Assembly: GCA_964426185.1 (NCBI GenBank)
Contig: CAYRPF010000010.1
Span: 26,186-58,185, forward strand
DNA: 32,000 nucleotides
Source of the DNA: an uncultured archaeon
GTDB lineage: Archaea; Asgardarchaeota; Lokiarchaeia; Sigyniarchaeales; Promethearchaeaceae
Direction: 5' to 3'
Of this stretch, positions 1-8,656 are shown one piece after another. Position numbers and translations under genes: made by a program. The first letter of the stretch is position 1, and the number at the start of each line of letters is the position of its first letter. The notes below the pieces were generated by a model. That model did no database searches, was not told the origin of the DNA, and worked only from the letters and a program-made list of their open reading frames with translations.

Positions 1-47
1 AGTAGATATAAAAATTAATGAATGAAAAAAATGATGTGAGGAATGTT

Positions 48-1415
48 CTAAAACTGCTTTTTAGATTTTTTCACTAACATCGGAAGAATTAAACCAGCAA
101 AAAGCAAACCTTCCCACCCGAATGGAACGCTTCTTTTTGTAGCTGTATCATTCGACACTGGAGATGGTCCAGGATTTAATATATCAACTCGATCGATGCC
201 GCGGACACCATCAGCAATATAAAGATATTTCCCTTCTACATCAAAATTATAAGCATTTCCCAGTGAATTATAAACCCTAGACGTATTTATATTTGGGGAA
301 AAAGGATTTGTGATATCAATAAAGAAAGTTCCGTTGTCAGGTGTATTATAAAAGAGAGTATTCTCAAAAATAAACTGATTTTGTCCAGGATTTGCGGTAA
401 AATTATAAGAATTAATTAATTCTGGGGCAGATGGATTAGAAATATTATACAAAATCAAACCATGATTTGAAGTGGATAGAAAAATTACATCGTTTTTCAT
501 TTCGATATCGTTAAAAGTATCATTTGAAATTTGAATAGTGTACAAATCAATCGGTGAATTAAAATTTGAAACATTGACAATTTTTAAGGCAGGATTTGAT
601 GAAACAGAATAAATTAATAAATCGGAAGATAATTTTGCACTTAAAATAGAATTATTTGCTTCCAAATAGACCAAATTACTCGGATTTGCTGGATCTAAAC
701 AGTCAATTATGAAAATTCCATCATTCGCTGTTGCGACAATCATTTTTGATTGATTAAGCAAAAATTTTGTAATAGAGCTATTAATTTCTATTTTACTAAT
801 CATATTGATATTTGTGGGGTCAGATACGTCTAAAATCCGAATTCCATAATTATTATCTACCAAGAAAGCATTTTTTCCTTGTTTCTCTATAAATCGTGCA
901 TCTATATTATTTGTATAATATTTGCCTAGAAGAATTCTAGAATTGTAATTTGAAATATCTAAAACCAACAAACCATTTTGACCATCTGCAACATAAGCGG
1001 TATGATCTTCGATTATAATATCATATGTATCGGCGGGATTTACAACCTTGTCTTTGTAATCGCCATAAGTAATTATAGTAAAGCATACTGTTGAGATTAG
1101 CATAAATGAAAAGAAAAAGGCACCTACTCCCGTTTTCAATATTTTTTTCCAATCCCATTGTTTTTTCTTATATGGAAGTCTGAAAATTACAAAACTCTGA
1201 AGAAATGGCCAAACTAGCATAAATCCTGCTAAATATAAAAACATCCACCATCCTCGTAAATCAAATACTAATACACCAAATAATGATGACACAACTGCTG
1301 TAATTACTTTTACCCAGTAGAATTTTTCTTCAATTGTTCGTTCTTTAGTTTTTTCTTTCTCTATGGCTTTCTTCTTTTTTTTAACTAAATATTTGGGTTT
1401 TCTTTTTCTAACCAT
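48..1415 (-). CDS. Membrane protein: N-terminal EMC6/Rab5ip-like 3-TM domain, LVIVD-repeat beta-propeller, C-terminal TM/sorting-like tail
   Basis: Basic N-terminus, then three hydrophobic segments (YWVKVITAVVSSLFGVLVFDLRGWWMFLYL...ILKTGVGAFFFSFMLISTVCF). Repeated AYVADGQNGLLVLDIS / LYIADGVRGIDRVDI motifs are LVIVD-type. C-terminus is VPFGWEGLLFAGLILPMLVKKSKK. ATG at 1415 preferred over the ORF-track start at 1439. Confidence 0.8.
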   Translation of the reverse strand: MVRKRKPKYLVKKKKKAIEKEKTKERTIEEKFYWVKVITAVVSSLFGVLVFDLRGWWMFLYLAGFMLVWPFLQSFVIFRLPYKKKQWDWKKILKTGVGAFFFSFMLISTVCFTIITYGDYKDKVVNPADTYDIIIEDHTAYVADGQNGLLVLDISNYNSRILLGKYYTNNIDARFIEKQGKNAFLVDNNYGIRILDVSDPTNINMISKIEINSSITKFLLNQSKMIVATANDGIFIIDCLDPANPSNLVYLEANNSILSAKLSSDLLIYSVSSNPALKIVNVSNFNSPIDLYTIQISNDTFNDIEMKNDVIFLSTSNHGLILYNISNPSAPELINSYNFTANPGQNQFIFENTLFYNTPDNGTFFIDITNPFSPNINTSRVYNSLGNAYNFDVEGKYLYIADGVRGIDRVDILNPGPSPVSNDTATKRSVPFGWEGLLFAGLILPMLVKKSKKQF

Positions 1416-1457
1416 AATGTTAATAATAGAAAATATCAAAAAAATTTTGTTTTTTTA

Positions 1458-1964
1458 TTAAAAACTAGTGCGCAAAATCTCATCTTGGTAAACTATCCGT
1501 TCACAATATGTACAAGCAATTTTTAGCGGATCTTCAGAAATAACTCGAAATTTAGTTTCTACTGGCTCTCGCTCTACATTTGTGATGCACTTTTCATTTG
1601 GACATTTAACAATTCCATGAATCATATCAGGAATTTTTACAACAAATTTTTTTACTACCTTGTAATCTTCAATAAAAGAAACTTTACATCTTGGGGAAAT
1701 AATCGCAATTTGATGGATTTGTTTTTGATCAAGCATTATCTTTTCAACTTTTACGATATCCTTCTTTCCACTTTGGGACGAATTTGATTTGACATTTATC
1801 CCTACTGTGATTAGACTGCCATCCTTTCCTTCTAGTCCAAGAATTTTCATTACAGAAAATGCAAAACCTTCTTTAATGTGATCGATAACGGTTCCACGTT
1901 GAATTTTCTCTACATAAAGTCTCTTACCATCTTTATCTGAGTTTTCTGAATTCATAATGCTCAA
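1458..1964 (-). CDS. pyrI: Aspartate carbamoyltransferase regulatory subunit
   Basis: VEKIQRGTVIDHI, KKDIVKVE, Zn ligands CPNEKCIT and CTYCE. Confidence 0.97.
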   Translation of the reverse strand: MSIMNSENSDKDGKRLYVEKIQRGTVIDHIKEGFAFSVMKILGLEGKDGSLITVGINVKSNSSQSGKKDIVKVEKIMLDQKQIHQIAIISPRCKVSFIEDYKVVKKFVVKIPDMIHGIVKCPNEKCITNVEREPVETKFRVISEDPLKIACTYCERIVYQDEILRTSF

Positions 1965-2004
1965 CTAATATAATATGGATTTGGATGCTAAAATCATTTT
2001 TTAT

Positions 2005-2388
2005 TTAAGAATTGAGTATATATGTAGAAAGCCATTTTTTGAGATCGGAACATACTTTTTTAAAACGTTTTGGATTACTATAGAAAAGACGATTATGAGG
2101 GCATTCATCATCTAAAACGCATGTTTTGCTCTCAAGATCATATATCATGGGATAGAATTTGCATCCCATTGGACGTATAGAATATATGGAACATTTTCTC
2201 GTTTCAGGTAAATAAAAAATACAATGACCATCGATATTTTTCAATCGGTAAAATTTACCATCAAAATCATAAAATGATTCAGAAGATAACGGTTCTTGTA
2301 AATTTTCTGAGATATTTAGTATGTCTTCCTTTGAAAGAATCATTTCTGTGTGGGTACAACAAATTCCACAAGTTTGACAAATTTTCAT
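2005..2388 (-). CDS. YkgJ/CxxCxxCC family cysteine-cluster protein
   Basis: CQTCGICC, GHCIFY, CSIYSIRPMGCKFYP. Confidence 0.9.
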   Translation of the reverse strand: MKICQTCGICCTHTEMILSKEDILNISENLQEPLSSESFYDFDGKFYRLKNIDGHCIFYLPETRKCSIYSIRPMGCKFYPMIYDLESKTCVLDDECPHNRLFYSNPKRFKKVCSDLKKWLSTYILNS

Positions 2389-2424
2389 TTTTCTTACAAA
2401 TAAAAGAGATAAAAAAGGTTATAT

Positions 2425-2604
2425 TTATTTTATTTTTGTATACATATTCTTCGAAATTCTATTAATATATCCACGTTTGTAGAATTGTTTTAAGATATTA
2501 CGTGCTTCACGCGCATCATCCTTTTCCATATCAAGGATTGCCATAAATTGATAAATGGAAAAATTGTTTGGTAACAGTTGCTCAATTAATGTATATAATC
2601 CCAT
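2425..2604 (-). CDS. Small (59 aa) putative winged-helix protein, absent from the ORF track
   Basis: Manual translation: MGLYTLIEQLLPNNFSIYQFMAILDMEKDDAREARNILKQFYKRGYINRISKNMYTKIK*, ATG at 2604, TAA at 2425-2427. Fills the gap upstream of the YkgJ gene on the same strand. The ARNILKQFYKRGYINRISKNMY pattern is typical of a wHTH recognition helix plus wing. Confidence 0.7.
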   Translation of the reverse strand: MGLYTLIEQLLPNNFSIYQFMAILDMEKDDAREARNILKQFYKRGYINRISKNMYTKIK

Positions 2605-2708
2605 AATTTTCAGCTTGATAAGATTTTATAATGATTAATCAAATGAATTGTACATAAATTTTAACTTTTTTGGGTGTATCTTTTACCTAAGCTTTGAGGG
2701 ATTAAATA

Positions 2709-5700
2709 ATGAAAATTCGAAAATTTGCTATTATTTTTTTATTGGGCTTAATGCTGATTACTATTCCTGTAAACCTTCAATTACATTCAAATTCTTTTTT
2801 GAATACAATAAAAAAAACCTCAAATCTTAATCAAATCTTTGTTTCTTCGCTAAATATAGAAGAAATGAATAAAGATTCTCATTTATTTTTGAGAGGTGAG
2901 TCTTATGAACATTTTTCAGATGATAGCGGATTTTCAAAGAAAATTTTCATAGTTTTTGATCCTACATTAGATTATAATGATCGAATTTTCTACCTTAAGA
3001 AAATTGACAGTAATGTGAAAATAAGATATAATTATAAATATATTCCTGTAGTATCGGTGGAATTTTCTCAATCTCCTCATACTTTGTTCAAACAGAATCC
3101 GCTGAAATTTTTGAGGATAACAAAAATTGTTAATCTTCATCAAACTAGGATTGAACGCCCTGAATACTCACGATTATTTTTTTCAGACGAACAAAAGAAT
3201 AATTCTTCATCAAACATGGAAAATTGGTGGTTAAATTCAATTGATGCTGCTGATGTCCAATATACCGGTAAAGGAGTAAAAATTGCCATTATAGATACAG
3301 GTATTTCTGTTCATCCAGATTTTTTCTCAAATGGGAACAGTCGTATTATTGCAAGTAAGAATTTTACTAGTGAAGCGGGAGTTACTCAAAATCAATATTA
3401 CTTCGATGATTATGGTCATGGGACTCATGTTGCTGGGATTGCAGCTGGTAACGGATTTTTATCCGATGGAAAATATAGAGGAGTTGCCTCACAAGCGCTG
3501 TTATATAATGCTAAAATATCAAATTCGACTGGATTTATTGAAGAAGATGATGTGGTTGCTGCGATTGAATGGTGCATTGACGAACAAGTTGATATTATCA
3601 GTATGAGTTTTGGAGATACTATTCCTGAAGTTTGGACAATTCAAACTATGGCAATTCAACAAGCAGTAGAACATGGAATTGTAGCCTTTGCATCGGCTGG
3701 GAATAGCGGTCCTGGTTTTTTTACTTCAGGGACTCCGGCAAGTGGACTTTTTTCCATCGCGGTAGGAGCAACAGATGAGAATAATCAAGTTGCTCAATTT
3801 AGCAGTTGGGGTCCGACTTATTCTAATCAATTAAATCCTGAAATTTGTGCCCCTGGAGTAAACATTATAGCACCTCTTTCTAAAAGTTCAATTTTAGATT
3901 TAGAAATGAATATTAGAGAAAATAAAATTGATTATTCTTCAAATTTTGGTTACATACCTTTATCTGGAACGAGTATGGCATGTCCTATAGCTGCTGGAGC
4001 TGCTGCTCTATTGATAGAAGCATATCCTAATGCTTCTCCTGAAACCATAAGAAATGCACTTATTGAGGGTGCAAAAGAGATTAATTCAGGGATTTTAGAA
4101 GGAAAAATGGTTAGAGCCGGAGCAGGGCTCATTAATATAAGTAAATCTCTGCAAATCTTAGAAGAATGGAGTACAAATTCTGATGGTGTGAATGATAATA
4201 TTCGAATTTTCCCTAATATTTTCCCTTATGCTCCTTATGATTTTTTTAATTATCCAGGGGATCAAATTATTCTAAATTATACATTGATAAAGGGTTCTTC
4301 GGCTACTATAAAGATAGAATTACCCAATATTCCAGGAATTGAGTTTCAGATTGTTTCTAACAATTCTTTTACATATGAGAAAAAGATTGTGAATGTTCCA
4401 ATTTATGCCCGTATATTATATAATGCAACTCCAGGGTATTATTCGGGGAATATTTTAGTAAAAAATGCAATTACCGGGACTTTACTTGACCAGATTGAGT
4501 CTAATATTATTATAAAAACTCCAAAAGCAAAAGTCTATTTCGATTCTTATCACGGTTTAAATGATTTCTACCCCAGTAACTTTTCTACATTTTCCCAAAT
4601 TGACCTCTATCATTTATTTAGTCTTTTAAACTCACAAAATTATCAAGTAGCATTTAATATGGAGCATTGGACGCCTTTCTACAATGCTTCGCTAAATTCT
4701 CCTATTCTTACCAGTGAAATTTTGAGTAACATTGATATACTTGTGCTCCAAGCGCCAATTATTCCATACAATCGATATGAAATTCAAGAAATAACCAATT
4801 TTTATAACGAAGGGGGTTCAATTTTATTTCTCGGAACAGTTAATAATCTTTTATGCACAGATTCACTAAACGCTTTGTTTGACTCATTAAACACTAATAT
4901 AAAATTTGGGGAAAATTTAGTTAACCTTAGAAATTTCGGTTATTTTTCACAAGCGATTCCCTTTAATAATTTAACTCTAAACGAGGAGGTTCCTCTCTTA
5001 ACTAATATTTCTGAATTTTATTATTCCTTTGGAACTTCTTTCGTTAATCAAACACCAGTAATTCCTTTAATCTCTGTAGATGGTAAAATAGTCGCAATGG
5101 ACGCAAGTTTTAATAGATCTACTGGGAAATTCCTTTTATTCGGCGATTATCATTTTCTAACTACCTCTGTATTCACATCAGAGAGACTTTATACAAATCT
5201 CTCTGCTTTTGCTACAAATATCTTCGACTATCTACGTCCTTCAGATAAGATTCGAATTGATCTCTCTTATAATCACCAATATACTGTAAATACTACAAAA
5301 ATTCCCATTAAACTTCAAATTCTTGATCAAATTTCCAAAGAACTCTATTCAAACTTCGCAATTGGCTCGGCTCTTAACATGTCTCTTCTTTTTCCTAATG
5401 GCACCGTAAAAAATTTGGATGTGATTGAAAATTCTAAATTGAAGGCTTATTTTTCGTCAATTCCGCTAAATAATTTAAATTTCAGCAGATATCCACTTAT
5501 TTTGACAGTTAATTTACAAATTAATGAAACAATTTATTCAGATACCTTTAAATTTATTCATGAAGTCTCAGATTTGATTTCTCCTTATAAAATAAGTAGC
5601 TTAGACGAGAAATTAGATCGATTAGAACCAGGACCTTCAATATTTGCTATAAATACTTCAGAAACGGACATTTTTAGATCAATAAACGCCATTATTTTCC

Positions 5701-6503
5701 CAAATTCATATTTTTCTATTAATAATCTTGAAATTTTGGAAACTAATTTATCTTCTTTTGAAAATTACTCAATAATTTCTTATGAATTTACTAGCAGAAA
5801 TCCTGCAGGAGAAATCATTTTCACCCCAAACGATCTCTCTAATCAATCTATTAATAGAATTGATTTGTATCCATCTCGTATCTCTTTTTCATTAATTGAT
5901 TATTTACCAGAAGTAAAAGAAACATCATCTTTCATTGGATCTAATCCATTCACAGAATATCAAAATGGCGATTACATCATACCCGTACAAATTTTGGTTA
6001 ACCAAGAAATTCCTCTTCAAGTTTCAATTGTTGATTATGATGATAATCCAGTAGATCGAAACAAATTCAAATTAAGTTGTTCCTTAATACCAGGCATAAT
6101 TTATCATAACTTTTTCAATCCGATATTTCCTCAGAAAATATGGTATTTTAACTTAAATTATAATACTACCAGTCAATTTTATGAAGGAAATATTGTGATT
6201 CCTGCAGAATTTCAATTCTCTGGTTTTTCTGGATCTGTGAAATATTCCAGTGAATCTGATTTCTTGAATTTCTATACATTGGCATTAATATCCGTAATCG
6301 ATCCGAGTGGTGGGTCTAATTTTTATCCATTACTCTTTATGCCTTATGAAAAACCGATCCATCTTTTTAATTTAACTCCAATTTTCATGCTATATGGATT
6401 GATTGCGTTATCAATCGTCTTTATAGAAAAAGGCTCAAAATGGAAGCAAAAAATAAGATTTCACAGAATTTCCCACAATCTTGTAAGCAAAAAAAAATTT
6501 TAA
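2709..6503 (+). CDS. Secreted, membrane-anchored S8 (subtilisin) serine protease with site-1-protease-like C-terminal domains
   Basis: Signal peptide; catalytic Asp (IAIIDTG), His (GHGTHVAG), oxyanion Asn (SAGNSGP), Ser (GTSMACP). Downstream VYFDSYHG...DILVLQAP...EGGSILFLG domain (DUF4350/GldG-like), then a C-terminal TM and basic tail. Confidence 0.93.
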   Translation: [1264 protein letters not shown]

Positions 6504-6550
6504 TCAATTGATTTTTTTTTGATCCTTCGTTGATAAGAATAGAGATTTTC

Positions 6551-6787
6551 ATGTCGAAATATGATAAATATAAAAATGATGGTATTTTTCCCCATAAACA
6601 CTGTCCAATATGTTTTAAAATAATTCCTGAAGAAGGAACAGAATACGGCGAGTATTGCTCTGCTGAATGTGCTGGTGTAAAAAAAACGGAGAAAAAAAGC
6701 AAGAAACGACGCTATATCATTATGTTTGCATCATATGGAATAATGATTGTTGTATTTGTAATAATGATGATCCTTTCTAGAGGTTAG
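6551..6787 (+). CDS. DUF2116-family Zn-finger protein with C-terminal TM helix
   Basis: PHKHCPICFKIIP...EYCSAEC, followed by a basic stretch and a hydrophobic helix. ATG at 6551 preferred. Confidence 0.8.
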   Translation: MSKYDKYKNDGIFPHKHCPICFKIIPEEGTEYGEYCSAECAGVKKTEKKSKKRRYIIMFASYGIMIVVFVIMMILSRG

Positions 6788-6805
6788 AAAAAAGAAAGTG
6801 TATGA

Positions 6806-8563
6806 TTATTTTTTTTCTGAAAGATGTATTACATGTTGAATCCGTTTTCTAATCCAAACTGGGGCCATCATTGACATGAGGGGACCCAATCGTGGTCCTT
6901 TTTTACTCCCCAAAAGGATAAGATAAAAAGCTTGGAATATCTTCATGGGTTTTACTTGTAACGTATCTCTTAGATGAACCATAATCTCTTTTATCCGATC
7001 TTCTGTTAATTCTTCTGCTGTTTCAATAATGTTATAGAACTCTCTTAGAATTTTAATTTGTTCTGCTGATAATTTAGATACAAGTTCATCTGGAAATTCT
7101 TCTAAAATGGAGAAGAGTATTATTTTTCTTTCCATTTCCTTTTTATTTTGTAGATTTTTCTCATTTTCAATTAAATTTCTCATTTCTTGTATCCAATTAC
7201 TTGTTTTTGCCAATTGCATCTTAAATTCTTCAACATCAAATTCTTGGTTTCCATACTCTTTGAGCAAATAATGTTTAGTTTTTGTTAGTACCCCAGATTC
7301 TTTCAAAATGGGTTTTAATTGTGCCAGAATTGTGATTAATCGAAATGGAATTTGATATTTTAATTTTGCTTTTATTTTATCAGGAATAATTAACGGATAT
7401 ATATACTTAATTTCTCGATATTCGTTATCTGAAATTGCAGGCTCTAAATCATAGTATATTCTTTCTATTCTTTGAAATTCATTATAATATTGTTCCATTT
7501 CTTCAATTCGAATTGAAATATGTTTAGTTGGATTTGCTTGATAAATTAACATTCTGAGAATTTTGGCTTCTGCCATTTCAAGAAATTTAGCAGGTGTAAA
7601 AACAATACCTTTAGAAGTTTTCATGTCTCGATCCCCTAAGCGTAACCATTCATATGCTACTTTAATGGGTCCTTCATATCCGTAGATTTCTTTGCATAAT
7701 TCTAAACCTGTGTCATAGGATCCACCTGGAGTGCAATGATCTTTTCCTGCAGGTTCACAAATAGTATTAAAAATTGTCCATTTGGCGGGCCAATCTAATC
7801 TCCAATTTAATTTGACCAATCCACTTTGAATCGTCACTTTTCCTTCGTAACCGCAGCTTGGACAGCGATAAACACATTCGTCAGTATCCTCAAGATATTT
7901 CAAAACGCGATTTGGGCTGATTGTTCCATCCTTTTGTTTTTTTTGCGTTGCTTGACATTTTTCACAAATAACCATGGCTCCCATCCAAGTTTTTTGTTGT
8001 TGTAGATATTCTTCTTTTTTTTCAGGGGCCATTGATCTTGTGAGATATTTTGCAACAATTTCCTTTACTAATTCATTTTTCTTTAGACCAATACGAATTT
8101 TCTCTTTCATTTCTTCTGTTTTATATAAATTGTGGGTCCAAACAATTTCCGCTGAAATACCCATTTCTTGAAATGTTTGAGCTAATTCATTACCAAATAT
8201 TTCTGCATAACTTTGAGAATCTGATGGATCAAGTGGATTCGGGATTAGAGCAAATGGTTTGCCCAAATGTTTTTTAGCATAATCTGAAGGGATATAGGAA
8301 GGAAAACGCTTTGCGGCATCCAAATCATCAATAAATAGACGAAATATTACGCGAAGGCATCTTTCCGCATATTTTCTTCTGATCGCTTCGCATATTAAGA
8401 GTTCTCGCATAATTCCCAAATGAATATGTCCACTAGGTGTTTTCCCAGTAGCTAAATTTATTTCATTAGGATTTCGAGCATCAATATCTCTTATAATTTT
8501 CTCAAGCCAATGATCTGGAAAGTGTGTAGGATTATTGGAGGTTGATTGATTCATTTCTTTCAT
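6806..8563 (-). CDS. lysS: Class I lysine--tRNA ligase
   Basis: GKTPSGHIHLG (HIGH), KLNWRLDWPAKW, EPAGKDH, DMKTSKG (KMSKS-like), GPRLG. ATG at 8563 (or 8554) preferred over 8614. Confidence 0.96.
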   Translation of the reverse strand: MKEMNQSTSNNPTHFPDHWLEKIIRDIDARNPNEINLATGKTPSGHIHLGIMRELLICEAIRRKYAERCLRVIFRLFIDDLDAAKRFPSYIPSDYAKKHLGKPFALIPNPLDPSDSQSYAEIFGNELAQTFQEMGISAEIVWTHNLYKTEEMKEKIRIGLKKNELVKEIVAKYLTRSMAPEKKEEYLQQQKTWMGAMVICEKCQATQKKQKDGTISPNRVLKYLEDTDECVYRCPSCGYEGKVTIQSGLVKLNWRLDWPAKWTIFNTICEPAGKDHCTPGGSYDTGLELCKEIYGYEGPIKVAYEWLRLGDRDMKTSKGIVFTPAKFLEMAEAKILRMLIYQANPTKHISIRIEEMEQYYNEFQRIERIYYDLEPAISDNEYREIKYIYPLIIPDKIKAKLKYQIPFRLITILAQLKPILKESGVLTKTKHYLLKEYGNQEFDVEEFKMQLAKTSNWIQEMRNLIENEKNLQNKKEMERKIILFSILEEFPDELVSKLSAEQIKILREFYNIIETAEELTEDRIKEIMVHLRDTLQVKPMKIFQAFYLILLGSKKGPRLGPLMSMMAPVWIRKRIQHVIHLSEKK

Positions 8564-8656
8564 TAGTAAAAATATCTCGCGAATTATGAATTTTTCTAAA
8601 AAAAATAGAAGCAAAAAAGATAAGAATTAGGCCAAATTTCCTTTAATGAGAAGAAT

